DNA from: Mytilus trossulus | Taxonomy: Eukaryota | Direction of reading: 5' to 3' | NCBI RefSeq assembly: GCF_036588685.1 | Contig: NC_086378.1 | Span: 38,750,001-38,814,000, forward strand | Length of the DNA: 64,000 nucleotides | Notes under the pieces: model-generated | What the model was told of the DNA's origin: nothing | The model's database searches: none | Seen by the model: the letters and a program-made list of their open reading frames with translations, nothing else | Shown here: positions 1 through 14,684 of the stretch, in pieces | Layout of the letters: each line of letters begins with the position of its first letter | Numbering within the stretch: the stretch's first letter is position 1 | Position numbers and translations under genes: made by a program

Positions 1-156
1 CTTCTTTTATAAGTAAATGCCTGTACCAAGTCAGGAATATGACAGTTCTTGTCCATTCGTTTTTGATGCATTTTGTTTTTTGATTTTGCCATGTGATTAT
101 GGACTTTCCAAATTGATTTTCCTCTGAGTTCAGTATTTTTGTGATTTTACTTTTTA
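1..156 (+). repeat. Interspersed repeat fragment. Related copies at about 9888-9985 (-), 55330-55500 (-), 56805-56945 and 62990-63130
   Basis: Shared cctgtaccaagtcaggaatatgacagtt...gagttcagtatttttgtgattttact. Confidence 0.7.
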
Positions 157-398
157 TGAGACTTTTTTTCTGTGTATATTTGGGGCCTAATGCTATAGAT
201 TAGAACTAAAACATGTTCTGTTGCAATTAGTTTGAGGTTCAAACTAAGTTTGAATGGACTACTGAAAATAAATGAATCTGCAGTAGACTGATATTTTCCT
301 TAAGCAAATATTGGTGATTTTTGCAATCTGTTGTACTGTCCAATATTTTTGGTAAATCATACTTTTCAAATGTATTTTGAGAAAAAAAAACTATCTTA

Positions 399-1863
399 GG
401 CCACACCAATTTAATTTCTTGTTCTACGGATTTTTGGACTTCAAAAATTGGGGCGAGCAAGCGATTTGAAAATTTTAATAAAAAAATATTTAATTTGCAA
501 ATTTTTGAGGCGAAGCCTAAAAAGTAAAGGCGAGTGATTATATTTTTTTTTTGTAAACATAAATTTGTAGGTTTTGACTATATTAAAACTTGATTTATCT
601 CTTATACCTTGACAATTCTTTAATTTATGGAGTATTTTTTCCCTGTTCAACAAGAAATAATTGAATAATTAAATCTGGTCTATGTATGTGTGACTGACAA
701 TGAGACCATTCTCCATCCAAGTCATAATCAGGTTCAGAACAACCCCTTAATGTTATGAATATCCCTTTTATGAGGGGTCAATATAAGTTATAATATAATG
801 TTTTTTGTAAAACACTTCAGTACAAAAGGGCTAATATTTTTCCAAAGAACTATAATATCTTTATGGTTTTAAATGGACAAAAAATGTCCAAAAATTCTTT
901 AATATTCCTGGACTTCAACCATGTTAACACATTTACTTGAACAGTTTAATATTATTCAAAATAAGTGGACCCCTCTTTTAGAAAATTGGTTTAAAATATA
1001 ATGTATTTCTCCTCTTTTTGAGTTAAAATTCTAAGTTTTCAAAGGTAGTAGCACTATACAAGACAAATTCTTAGTATTTCTATTTTCTTTTCTACAACAG
1101 TAAACATGGTAAAATGACCCACCCCTTCAAGGCCCTTGTCTGAGGGAGGGCTGTTCCCAACCTGATAATAACAAACATAATGGGTCAAAGTACGGCCTTT
1201 TACACAGAGCTTTGATCCAGACCAAACAGCAAGCTATAAGGGACCACAACTTAGTATTGTACACAATTCGAACAGGAAACCCAACGATCTAATTTATATT
1301 TCCAAACGGGAAAATACCAATGAGCAACATCAACAAAAGATAACTGCTGAACGACAGGTCTCTGAATCAATCAGGACAGGTGCACAAACCTGCAGTGGGA
1401 ATGACTGTCAGCATACATTATAATTGCAGTTGAAGGCATATCCTTCAGAAGTTCTTTCTACTTTATTCTAACAACGAACATTTTTCGAGAGGGAATATAA
1501 GTCAGGGGGAAAGAAACGGACACCAATGTTTTGTTCTGTACAGGTATTTTTGGCAATCGCTGTTATATTTATATCGGAGCACTCCCACTTGGAATAAATT
1601 GCTTTTAATGCTGAACAATTATTCTCACAGATATTTACAGTGTTGTTGGGAGCTTATATGTTTAAAATCGTCATATAAAGGTTAGACTGTGATTTTAAAA
1701 CAAACGTTTCAGATCTTTTTATAATATTAACAAAAAAACGGTGTGGGAAATGGACATGATTACATTTCCGGATGCGGGAATATAATAAAAATAAAAAAAA
1801 ATCTGTTTAAAAAAAATTAGGTGCGGGCGGGTCCGTGGAACAAGGAATCACATTGTTGTGGCC
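399..1863. mobile_element. Non-autonomous TIR DNA element with TTA TSD (PIF/Harbinger- or Zator-like), with nested repeats
   Basis: Imperfect TIRs GGCCACACCAATTTAATTTCTTGTTCTACGGA and GGCCACAACAATGTGATTCCTTGTTCCACGGA; TTA on both flanks (396-398, 1864-1866). Confidence 0.6.
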
Positions 1864-2139
1864 TTACCATCAGTTTATGCCTTTTGCATTATGTTTTAAC
1901 TTAAAAAACTGTGAACTAACTTATTTCCATGGATACCTTATTTGGCATTTATATGTATCCTTTTCAGACTTGTGCGTGTTGATGTTTTTTCAGTGGTTGT
2001 TCTCTTCTGTTATTAATATTTAAGATGGATTTATTTGAAGGAAGACAAGTTTTTTATTTACCCAAGGTTAAATTTGCATTATTGTCTTACTCGCCCAAAG
2101 GAAAGAAAATTAGTTTGTTTACATTAATCTTTTTCTTAC

Positions 2140-5100
2140 TTGAAGGCATTTTCAACATCTTTGCAATGAATAACACCTGTATATGGATTCTTTTTCTTCT
2201 GCAGTTTTAGAATTCTTTTGTTTCTCATCTCTATGCACCTTAAATAAATAAAAACATAAAACTAACAAGAATTTGAGTCCCTAGGTCGCTGTGCCCTGCA
2301 TATACTAGCACTTTTCCATGGTAAGTAAACTGTGAAATTTGAATAAAATTTCTAGTATGCCATATATATAATATCTTCATTATTTGGTTAATGTAGATAG
2401 TTGCCTCATTTTCAATCATACCTCATCTCCTAATTTTAATACTTTTGGGTCAGTTTAAAAATGTTTCATCCAATACTTTCAGGAAAAGTAACTTAAAGCA
2501 AACCTCTAAACTTATATGGAACATATACAAACAAATTTTATATTACTGGGGTTATATTATTGATTTTTTTTACAAAATTAAAGTACTATTTTTTATAAAT
2601 TTTAGGTTACATATATTTAGTTAAACAGTGCTAGATACTTAGTTGATAATTCTAACAAGTGGAAAAATATAACTTTGTAACTATAAATGACAATTCTAAA
2701 CTTACATGTCAACTGAGACAACTATTACTGTAATTGTATTTTAAGACAAAAAAAGTCACATGATATACAATTAGATTTGAGAAATACAATAAAAGAATAA
2801 AATAAATACGATATTGGTATATCATTGTAAAATTAAACAATATAGCAGACAAGAACATCTTTTCTTAAATTAATATGATATTTAAATAAATTAAAAAAAA
2901 ATATAAAATACTTTAAAAATTAAATAATACTATTAGTAACAACCTCTGCATAAAACTCGATTTCAGATTGGATGACTTCAGGTCTCCAAGCTGTTGACCG
3001 CCTACTTGGGAAGGAACACATGCTTGTAGCAATGGCTTCCATAATAAACTAAAATACAAAAGATGGTCATGATTAATCATAAACTCATTTCACATATATT
3101 TTACATGATTTCATTCTTGTAGCAATGACTTCCACATTAAACTGATATAATAACAAGACATTCCTAAGAGTCAGGGATTAACTTAAAAAACAAATATGAA
3201 GTTCCAGTAATTAAGTAGGTCTTTGTACAATAATTTATATACAGTAATTTGTCTCAAATTTATTATGACATCCTTAAAAAATGTTTGCTAAATCATGGAA
3301 ATATGTAAAACTCCGAAAAATAAATATAAGATAAAACTCTTGAATATATAATGAATTTCAAGATGGATTTTTATAATTTTTAGATTTTGACCCTGTGAGC
3401 AAATCAAATACAGGAGAAATTGTCCATAGTTCTAATTTTATTTATGCTCATTCAACATTTTCAATATATTTGAAAAATCCAAAGTAATAATAGCAAACAG
3501 GACAGATCTAAAAAAAAAAATCTCACATGTTAAAACTTATTTAAAATGTACTGCCGAGTTGCTGATCAAATATCATGAATATAAAGTCATTCTGTCCTGA
3601 TAAAAGTTTAATTGATATATTTGTCGGAAGAACAGACAGAGAAGATGATTGCAACCTCACTTAAAGAGTGGGGATATAACAATTTTTTTTTATTGTTTAT
3701 ACATCATTACATAGAAAAATCATTGAACGAAAAATCCTTTTATTCTGTGAGTGTACACAAAATAACTAAACTTCATAAATCAGATTAAATACTGTTAAAA
3801 ATATGTAAACTGATCTTATAAAAGGATATAAATACTTGTTTGATGAAATATGCATGCAGAAAATAACAATAATTACTTATCAGATGAAAGCTGGTGCCAC
3901 AGATGACAGACTTGAGCCACAGATAACAATTCTCCTATTGACAGATATCCAAATATCTTTAGTATGATTTCATTTGGTAAACTGAAAAGTAAATGAAAAA
4001 CATTGTTATCACTTTTACACAGATAGTGAATGAATATTAATTGCTAATTAAAAGTTACTTGTGCTAAAAACTCAAACATGTTATGGTTATGGACATTTCA
4101 TTTCGAATTTTCCATAAAATTCAGTACTGTTGTTATTTCCCTTTTTTATGATACAGTTTGTAGTATAAATCCAGGACTGCTTAATTCACTTGCCCAGATG
4201 AAATACAGATACTAAAATTAAATAACTTCAAATTCTGGTCAACATAGAATGACTATTGAATGAGATCTCCTTAAGAAAGAGACATTTAAATAAAAAGATG
4301 CTCATACAAACCAAAAATCAATGGTTTATTTAATTAGCAACGGTAATACTTAGTCATTGCAAAGGAAATAAACTGGTTCCCCAGAATCAGATGGTGTTTG
4401 AAATGGTATTTAGTTTTAACAAGGTTAACTGCAAGAGTCATTCAATGAGAACTTTATTTCTCATAGTTTGTATTTGTGTGCAGCAGAAGTAATTACTGAA
4501 TGATTGCTTTTCAAGGAAAAATTTCAAGTTTCCATTGAATCAACTCAACAGAAGACAAAATGGAAGACAAATTTTATCAAATCAAGACAGTTCACCTTCC
4601 ACAAATTAAGATACTCTGATCAATACCAATTTGTATGTTTGGTCTATCTGATGAGTTAAGCCTTTTTCAACTGATTTTTATACTCCTTCTTATGTTGTAC
4701 TGTTATACCACTGTCCCAGGTTAGGGGAGGGTTGGAATCCCGCTAACATGTTTAACCCCGCCACTTTATTTATGTATGTGCCTGTCCCAAGTCAGGAGCC
4801 TATAATTCAGTGGTTGTCGTTTGTTTATGTGTTACATATTTGTTTTTTGTTCATTTTTTTTACAGAAATAAGGCCGTTACTTTTCTCGTTTGAATTGTTT
4901 TATATTGTCTTATCGGGGCCTTTTATAGCTGACTATGCGGTATGGGCTTTGCTCATTGTTGAAGGCCGTACAGTGACCTATAGTTGTTAATGTTTGTGTC
5001 ATTTTGGTCTTTTGTGGATAGTTGTCTCATTGGCAATCATACCACATCTTTTTTTATCAATCTTGGGAGATTGCTTTTTTATATTAATCCCATGAAAGGT

Positions 5101-8100
5101 TTAATTTGCTTTGCAATAAGACTATATTAAATGTAATGCATCACACAAGCAAATGCACTATTTAATTCAAAATTAACTTACTCATATATTGTTGCTGTTT
5201 TTAGTCTCCTTGCATAGGTTTTAACTGCAGTCTTTCTGCTGGCTGGTACTCTATAAAACATATTGAGCCTTTGATTTTAAATTCTGTTTGTAAACTTAAG
5301 TTTGTAGTTATTTGTTTCAATCAAGAAATCATACCCTAACTTTTACAGTAATATTTTTTTATAATTATGGGTCAAGTATACTTAACAATCCTTTGAGCAA
5401 ACTTATTCTTCCAAGTTATCTCACCCCAACTTGGGCCAAGAGGTGTCAAATACTGAAAACAAGCTAACTTGAAGTATAACAAACTAGTCTTTTCCTACAT
5501 GAATTTGCATAAATAATAAATAATCAACTTTTGTCCAACATAGCAAATTGGTAATTACTTATGCAAACTTATTCAATTTTTATTGTCATAAACTTGTACA
5601 ACTAAATAACAATATATCAAACATAGGATTAATAAGAATATTTAGCTGGTCAGATAATAGCAACAAAATCTGTACTAAACAGTAATTATTTTTTTTTAAA
5701 AACCAAACAACTACAGGCATTAAAGCACAAATATTTTTATTCATGATCCCTGCACAAAGCTGAACATTATTTGGATCTCATGTTTATTTAAGTTTGGTTT
5801 TTTTTTACAAAAGATGTTTCCTTGTGACAGCTCATTCCAGATAAATTTGAGCATCATCAAAATGAGCAAATTTCAAACCATACCTGGTAGTTCTGACTCT
5901 AAGGGGAACTGCTGTTTCCTGTGATCTAAAATTAAAGTTATGAATTTTACAATTCTTGTAGATAAGTTGGTCTTTTATCATCATAACCTTTTGCCACAAA
6001 CTTTACTCTGAGTAACAGACATACCTGTGCACCTGTGAAAGTTTAAAGCCATGGCTGGAACTAGATTATTAAATTCAACAGATTTTATGGTTCAGAAAAT
6101 TATAAACTTTTCTGGATTTTGCTATTCATTTTTTTCATTCCTGCAGAAGGTACAAAAATAAACTTCGTTGGGAAAACGTTTGAAAAGCTCCCCTCATTAA
6201 TGGATGTTGTGAGAAGTATTGATTTAAATGGACAATAGATTGACAATAGACACCTGTAAACAATAGGTGATTTTAACTGTGTAACAGAGTGGACCATATC
6301 AAATGCAACTCTTTTGTTTGTTTATTTTACATTCTTCTGCAGACTGGAAAAAAAAGGCATGTCTAAATCCAGGTAAGTAATTTATTTTCTGAAACAAAGA
6401 CTTCATATAACTTTAATATATTTAGGTCCTGCCATGCCTTAAAACTTTCCTAGATGCATCAGATTGTTTGTAATCATAGTAGATTTTTGAGTGTGAAAAT
6501 GGTCATATTTTTCAATTCCTTCAGATGAACCTTAATTCAAATCAGTCACAACATCCAATAATGAATATTTTATATTTTATGGTAATATTCTTTACAAAGC
6601 ACAAAAAAGTCAGTATTCACCTCAAAAGCTAACAAAACCTTTAAACAGACTTATTAAGAAGGGATGTACATGTAGTTACAACACTGTTGTCAGGTTATTA
6701 AAGATCGCATATTTTGGCTTTAATATTGATTCACAAATACACATGAAATAGGGTCTTTTCATCGGAATTAAACACATTTATTATAAAACCAGTTGTTGCC
6801 ATGACCCGGGTTATGTTCTTCTCATATATTTCATGATGGTATAATACTAAATCCCTAACAGAAGGGATTTTGTCTGATATTTACATGATTAGACAAAAAA
6901 TTTCAATCAGTTTAATTGAGGTCTGGAGCTGGCATGGGAGTAACTGCTAGTTGTTATTTATGTATTACTGTCATTTTGTTTATTTTCTTTTGTTTCATTT
7001 TCTGACATCGGACTCGGACTTCTCTTAAACTGAGTTTTACTTTGTTTGTGCAAGTGTTTTTTCTACATTCAATGGCTAAAGGTATAGGGGGAGGGTTGAG
7101 ATCTCAAAAAACATGTTTAACCCTGCCACAATTTTGTGCCTGTCCTAAGTCGGGATCCTCTGGCTTTTGACAAGTTTGTTAGTCTTGTACAATTTTTCAT
7201 TTAGTTTCTTGTGTATAATTCAGAGATTAGTATGATGTCCATTATCACTGAACTAGTATACATATTTGTTTAGGGGCCAGCTAAACGAAGCCTCCGGGTT
7301 CAGGAGTTTCTCGCTGCATTGAAGACCCATTGGTGGCCATCTGCTGTTGTCTGCACTATGAGGGACAAACTCCCCGGCAGTTCCAGTTCCGATCCGCATA
7401 CGGGCCCCAATACTTCTCTACACTAAGGTAGCAATACACAGTTAGAAGTTTAGTTTCGCATTATGGCCCCTGTGAATTTTTTAAATATGAAAGTTTTTGT
7501 ACAATAAAATTGATTTTTAGGTAATTGAAGAATAATATAGCCTTCTTAGTGGGTTTATATGAACATTTAGATTGATTTTAACATGTTTTATAGGCCATTT
7601 CAATGATTGACAGTCCGTATTTTCCTATCCGTACCGTTCATAGGTCCATAAATTATTGTAGTGTTTATCAACAAAGATTTTGCGCTCGATCTTTTCAATT
7701 CAATTTTATGGAAAAACGAGCAGGAAGACATATGATTTTTTTTGGACCACTTGATAGATATAAACCTATGGATTCAGGAAAGGTATCACTGTAATTCATT
7801 GAAATTTTCCTTTAGACCAAATTTTGGAGACTTTTGTGACATGTTCACCCCCCTTTTTTGCTATATTTTGTATCTAAGAAATGCAGATTGTTGCCATGGT
7901 TACACCCAAAAGGGATTATATTTCACCCTTATGACCATTAGAAATCAAATCTATGGAAGATTCTCTTTCTACAAGTATATACATGCATAACACACATATA
8001 AAGCCTTCTTTAGACAGGAGGGGAAAGGGGGTGTTTAAAAATTATGAGTGTCAATTTTAAGTTTTTTTCCTAACTGTGTATTGCTACCTAATTGATGGAG

Positions 8101-8593
8101 TAAAGGAAAATAGTTCCGGAACAGAAACGATCACTGTCCGGAGTTAGTATGAGGGAGGATCTTTTTCAGGACATTTATAGGATCAGTGTTTTTAAAATCA
8201 GGATTTACAAAATAATTTACTGGATCCGGTAATTCTTTTTTTTTAAATTCATGATGACTGGATGTGTGGATTTAAAGTTCTTAAAATTGGGACCTAGGGA
8301 ATTTATGTGTTTACGCCCCCAACCCAGGTTAATCCTACACTCCTCTATGTTTGGGTTGTAACGTCTCTTTTGACACATTCTCCATTTCCATTCTCAATTT
8401 TAATTTTACCAATATATCATCAGTATATAATTTAGATATAGGCCTATTTTGCAACAATTTCCTACTTTTCATGACTTTTGTAGCATATACAGTGTATAGT
8501 CATGATAGTGTTACATTTGTACCTAACTGTGGTTTGCTTTTGTTTGTTGGTTAGATATTCTGCAAGCTGCTTTCTGTGATTTTTGACATCCAT
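2140..8593 (-). CDS. FBXO15: F-box only protein 15-like, 5' portion. Exons 8593-8523, 5925-5884, 5250-5182, 3981-3877, 3048-2944, 2238-2140; the gene continues off the left edge
   Basis: Six GT-AG exons join in frame, all introns phase 2: MDVKNHRKQLAEYLTNKQKQTTVR-SQETAVPLRVRTTR-VPASRKTAVKTYARRLKTATIYD-LPNEIILKIFGYLSIGELLSVAQVCHLWHQLSSDN-LLWKPLL...MQR-CIEMRNKRILKLQKKKNPYTGVIH. This is a clear F-box followed by the NPYTG motif I recall from FBXO15 orthologues. Confidence 0.8.
7426..8089. mobile_element. MITE with 20-bp TIRs in FBXO15 intron 1; duplicate at 21522-22185
   Basis: AGGTAGCAATACACAGTTAG ... CTAACTGTGTATTGCTACCT. Confidence 0.8.
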
Positions 8594-9010
8594 TACTTTA
8601 CAAATTACTGATCAAAATCCATTCCTCACGTTGTAGTTAACCTTATTTTTCAATTAAATCGAAAGTGCTGTGCGTGGTACCGAAAGTAAGAGTTGGAAGT
8701 TGTTTACATGTTGATAAGTGGGAAAAGTAAAGGCTTATTTCGTTCCCATTATATTTTCGCCCTAGATTGGTTCGCCCCTAGAAGTGAATCCGAATAGAAT
8801 ATATTTTCAAAGATACCGACCTAAATCAATCGTCATCATACGATTTCATGTGCTTTTATTTGTTTGTACATATGTTTAATGAGAATATCGGGTCATAAAT
8901 CATCGACATTCTTCGGAGGTATCTAATAAAATACTGGTACGAGTTTACATTCTAGAGCGGAAACGCAACCATCAATATTTACCGTTTAGAGTTTTCCACA
9001 CATTTCCGGT
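8594..9010. promoter_or_regulatory. Putative bidirectional promoter/5'UTRs between the FBXO15 ATG (8593, -) and zinc-finger exon 1 ATG (9011, +), copy 1
   Basis: Divergent ATG-containing first exons 417 bp apart; locally CpG-richer, with CGGAA/TTCCGG (ETS-like) and ATTGG motifs. Confidence 0.55.
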
Positions 9011-9059
9011 ATGAACTCCAATGCAAGAATTATTTGCATTAACTCAGAAAATGTCAATG
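9011..9059 (+). pseudogene. Orphan duplicate of zinc-finger gene exon 1 (MNSNARIICINSENVN)
   Basis: Identical to 23107-23155, but followed by the URI1-containing segment instead of the native intron. Confidence 0.5.
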
Positions 9060-11226
9060 GTTAGATCCCGCTAAGTATTATATGAAGCAAAGTATTTAAT
9101 TACATTAAACACAGGCTAACCTAACATCGCCTGACAATTAATATCCACATGTAAAAAATATAAATCAATGACAAATCGCCCCACTGTCAAATCGCCCCAC
9201 TTTTTCACAAACTCTCCCCTCTCTGGTTTATCAACTCGCCCCACTTATAAAAAGGTTAAATCCTTTTGGAAATAGGTTTGTTAAATTGCCCCAATTATGA
9301 AAAGGGTTAAAATCCCACTAAAATAAGGTCTGCCATTACTTCACACTCATGACAAATAGATAAACAAAGATTAATTTAGTAATGCACACTCACCCCACTT
9401 AAACATGTATATAAATTTCTCATGTTTGTTTGTTTTCAAAGAAACCATAACTTAAACTTAGCAATCAATTTTTCAACAACAATAAAACCTGCTTAGACTT
9501 TTTTACTAGCAAAAACCACACCCACACTTATTGTAAAGAATGAATGGGCATTCTCTTTCATATTTACTTGAAAGTAACATTTGCCTTTCAATGATTGCTC
9601 GTTAGTTTTGAATTATTCTTAATTCAAAGACAAAAGTAACCAATCCAGCAAGTGCTATATGATATTTAATTGCTGTTAATTGAAATTCTTCATATTCATA
9701 ATTATAATTTTAGATTTAGTGAAACATCATTTATTTCAATAACAATAAATTTTCGTTTTTGGAAAGATTAGAACTCGTTCTAAATCTTTACTTAGGCACC
9801 GGCCTCCCTAACAACATGAAAGGTTAGCTACTGTTACTAAATGTATTCACACTGAAATATAATTCCCTATGGTTCTCATGTATGCACATAAAAAGTAAAA
9901 TCACAAAAATACTGAACTCAGAGGAAAATCAATTTGGAAAGTCAAGAATCACATGACAAAATCAAAAAACAAAACGCATCAAAAACAAATACACCTATAA
10001 ACTGAAAAAAAATGGGTAAATTATTGGAGCAGTTCATTCAAGAATGTATGTCATTAAGGTGTGTTGATGTGCAGGCTTTTTTTTTGAAAATATTATGATA
10101 AGGGAATGGATATTGATACAATACTAGTATGATTGACAACTGTCATTATCACCAAACAATCAGAGACAAGGTGGACATTTAATTACAATGCCCCACTTCC
10201 TAAACTTTGAATTGACCACATTAGCTATCAATCTTAGTCTTACATGATTATACAGACCATTCAATATACATCTAATCCTTAGTACACAAATATTTGACCT
10301 CATAATTGAATACACAAATGTGTATATTAGATGTTTGATATATATAAGGACATGAAGGGTGATAGATTTATTTATTGCCAATCACTTTTGATCTACATTA
10401 CATAAGGTGATTCTGTAAATTATATCTGAAAGATAAATGATTAATGGATTAACTAGATCTTTAAAAATATTGAAATATGAATATAAATATGAATATACAT
10501 ATGGTATTCAAGTAAGGCCTCAAATTTACTTGATAAATTTCCAATTATCATCTGTAATTTATCAACAATTTAGATTAGTTCCCATTTTTTTTTCATCTGG
10601 AATTGGCTTGAAACAAATTTTAAATTTTAAAACTTTTAATATAACAAACATTGTTTATTAATTTATTTCCCATCAATTATTATGTTTATTTTAGTCTTGA
10701 ATTTTTATTAGAAGTGAATATATATTTTTGCAATCAAGAACGAATCCACATTTCAATAAAAGATTTTTTTTAAATTTGTTTACATTGAAAAAGTACATTT
10801 TCAATGCCCTGTGTTGAAAAATACTTAAAAAATTGATCAAAAGGCACTCTATAACTATTAATCTTCAATGTCATATAACCTCTGTTTCAAGTTACAAAAT
10901 GCCCTAAAACACATTTTTAGATTAATTTTGTTGACACTTAGGTCGTAGGTTTTAGCTGTTGGTCTAGATTTTATGTCTTACAATGATAGTTGGTAACATT
11001 TTGTTACTAGAAGAATTTTTGATTTCAGTGGATAAGTTGAGGTGTGTTAGACTATTATCTTAATAATACAAAATAATAAGATTATAAAATCTATTATATT
11101 CAAAGTATGTATAAGCTTCGGTTGTACTTTCCTCAGGTATTTTCATCTACTTGCCTAACCATTGTTTACCTTTTAACTGTAAAACCCTTTTTTTTTATCC
11201 GTTTTACCACGTAATACACGAATGTT

Positions 11227-11320
11227 CACAGGCACTTGTCTCAGAAAATTTTTTTCCTATATACCTTATTATAACACAATAAGGTAAACAGGATTTTTTT
11301 TTCTGAGACAAGTGCCTGTG
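11227..11320. mobile_element. 94-bp palindromic MITE with an 8-bp TSD
   Basis: 22-bp TIR CACAGGCACTTGTCTCAGAAAA; CGAATGTT at 11219-11226 and 11321-11328. Confidence 0.85.
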
Positions 11321-14300
11321 CGAATGTTGCAATATTTTAAACAAAAGTTTAAACCATTGAAGAAATAGAAAGACAATCAAAACCAAAGTCTAGACTACTC
11401 TTTATGAAGCTATTCTATTACGTGTAAACTTAAAAAACTCCGTCCTTGTGCTCATAGATTTGTTCGGTTCATATATATGTACTGCAATTGTTTGCACCTG
11501 TCCTAAGTCAGGAATCTGATTTTCAGTAGTTGCCGTTTGTTGATGTTGTGCATAAGTGTTTCCCGTTTCTTGTGTTGATTAGTCAGTTGGTTTGAATCGT
11601 TTTTCACTAGTAATAGTTAGGGCCCTTTAAAGCTTGCTGTTCGGCGGGAAAAAGGCTCCGTGTTGAAGACCGTACCTTGGCCGATATTAAATGTTTTACT
11701 TTTATAAATTGTGACTTGGATGGAGAGTTGTCTTATTGGCACTCATACCACATCTTCCTATATCTATATATGTTTATATTTTCATTTACACAGCAGGGTC
11801 GAGTAAAAAGGAAAATAAAGTCATGCAAATGTGATCGGTGCCCCTCGCATCTTGTAATAAAATAAAATTTTAATTACATATTATGAAACTTTCGAACAGC
11901 TCGATAATTAACATGCCGCCGCTAAGTGGAAATTTTACGTGGCGCTGCACCACGTGCACCGTGAAAATCAATCATCTACAATCAACGATTGTGAAAATAA
12001 ATTAATTATCAAATTTATGACAATTTGAAACGGATGTCATAAATCTAAAGAGTCAACAGGGGCTATTTGTTAATTTAATTAACTTCTCAATACCACCATA
12101 TTTATTAAATGATTTATTGCGTGTTAAGTGATGGAAACAATTGTACGGCTGTCCAGGAATCTCCCAAGGGGGCGGAGACGTTTCTGTCATACACTACAGG
12201 ATTTGCGTGATTTCAAAATTAAGTGGCAAAAATCGATCTTGTCATTTTTTATATGCCTAAAGGACAACGCTGTCGCGCGCACTGGTTTTACAACATTATC
12301 AGTATTTACTCTGTGACGTGAAGCAAAACATTAGAATTACCTTTTTTTTTTAATTCTTCAGAAAAAATTAATTATATAGTGATTCATTCATCAACACTGA
12401 AACAAACAGCAAGAACAGATGAGGCAAACAACTTCTATTTGATGATCTTTGATAACTATTTCCACCATCATTGTGATCAAAATATGTTTTTTCAGTTAAA
12501 AAGAATTATCGTATTTCAAATAAATAGCTTTCCAAGTTCGTTGGAGTGAATGCAGACTATGAAGTAATTTTCAAATTGCCTGCAACACCAGTTCACACGC
12601 TAACCTGACTCGCCTGCTTCAATGACCATCATTTTATGTTAAAAATGTCTAAGATAAAGATCTACAAGTATATTAAACCTAGACACACAACAGTATATCT
12701 AACAAAAGAAAATGTTCCTGGTTGGTATAACATAAACTAAACATTTTTAAAGATAATGACAATGAGGTCAAGGTCAGAAAACGCTGTAAAGCAGACATAT
12801 ACCCCTTACAATTATCCCATACACCAAATATACCATACCTTTGGTTATTTGTATTTGAAAAACAGACAAAAACACAAAATCTTAACCTTCACCCATATAC
12901 AATGAAAATGAGGTCAAGGTCAGATTAAAAATACCAGTTCACCGACATAACTTTCCTATTGCTATTTGTATTTTAAATCTTTAACAAGTCAGTCGATGTG
13001 AGCATGTTCAGTGAGCATTTAATAGGACAAAAAATAGAATCAGTTTAAAATGGGAACTAAAAACCAATGGGAAATAACTCCTATAATAATGTTAAATAAT
13101 GATTTAATCATATAGGTATTTTTGTAGATCTTTTGTTCTGGTAACATTTTCTGTTTATCTATGATTTCGATAACAGAAACTGTCATCATTATTTAAAGGC
13201 AATAGTTCATACAAGGCTTTAATTTAAAATAGCTGTTTCAGTCACATTAGAACTTAAATAGATCTTGCATCAGCCATCATTTTTATCTGTTTACAGTTAC
13301 TGTCTATCTATTATAGTTTCAACATATAAGGCAAAACATAGAAATTTGTAAAAACAAATAATTTTTGAAGGACAATAACTCCTACTAGAAGGAGTTCATC
13401 TGATACTCTTGGTGCTAACAGGAAGTGGGTTAATCTTCACAATCTGAGCATTTTTTACCCGTTATATTTTCTCTGTATCTATTGGTTTTATATATATAAG
13501 AAATATGTTCTATTTTGTTCTATTTATAGCCATGGTGGACATATTGATTGCTTGACAGGAAAAAAAATAAAAATGTTCATACATTTTTGTACTACTTTTT
13601 CAAGATTATGAAGAAGATTGCTTGAAATTGATCATATAGTTTCATAGCAGGAGATGTTTGAAATAGTTTATAATGGATGCCCAGTAAGGCAAGGCCTCAA
13701 ATAGCCTAGGAGAGTTAAATGTGTATTGTGACAGCCCATGTCTATAAATTGTCCAGGTTATATATTCCTGTAATGTATCCCAATCTCTTCTATGCATAAA
13801 AAGACTATTGTTTACATCTAAATACACATTTGTCTGGTTCAACCCTCAATTTTATACATTTCTAGTGGTCCTAGGAATTTCTTACCATAATTGATTACAA
13901 ATGAGCTCCTGCGATACTAAGATACTCTGGTGAATAAGGTGAATCCAGTAAAGCAAAAATACTGATAAATCATGCATCAAATATTTCATGGAATTTCAAA
14001 TTCTCAAGTTTGGCTGTTGTCTGCAGGATGAAGATGCAAAATAAATGATTTACCAGTGTAATTGCAACTTGGTCATCCATGATTTATTTTAATTTAATTT
14101 TTCAGTTCATAACAACACTTCTGGATTTCGAATGATTTTTTCATGAATTTTATGAAAACAAATATTCAAAATCTTGCTCTGGATACTGAATTTTGGTCAT
14201 ACATAACCAAGATTTCCGTCCAAATTTCATCTAATTCCATGTAGATTTGAGAAGTTATTGATCCCCACAAAAAACTTTAAACATAGACTGAACTTAAATG

Positions 14301-14684
14301 TTGACAGCCCTGATGACAGAACTAAGAACTAGCTATATGTCTTGCTTTTCAAGAAATAAATTTCACTGGCTCGACAAAAATAACTATAAATACCTTCACA
14401 AAAAGAAAACACTTAAGAATATAACTTTAATTGTGTTTATCATAACATGTTGACACAATATAAGTTACATTGAAAACTTCAAAATTTTGTTGCTCTGTGA
14501 AAGCTTAAATTCTATTTATTGTGTAACAAAAACCTAAGCATACATTTCTAGAATTGTGACTTATTGTATGTATAAAGTTTTGGTTCAATAAGTATTTGAT
14601 TAAAAACAAAAAATTGTTATTTGGATGGAGAGTTGTCTCATTGGCACTCACACCACATCTTCCTATATCTATATAGTATATACA

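Larger units (their letters stand above)
4753..11027 (+). repeat. Segmental direct duplication, copy 1 (6,275 bp)
   Basis: Matches 18849-25123 at a constant offset of 14096; ORF-track entries repeat at exactly this offset. Confidence 0.97.

Noticed and set aside
4640-4680. CTGATGAGTT...AAC as another hammerhead
   Set aside because: No GAAA follows the putative stem II, and no stem I or III can be built.
5182-5250. KTYARR as a Pds5-binding YSR-like motif (Haspin/Sororin/Wapl gene)
   Set aside because: Downstream exons encode an F-box and the FBXO15-type NPYTG motif; the short match is probably chance.
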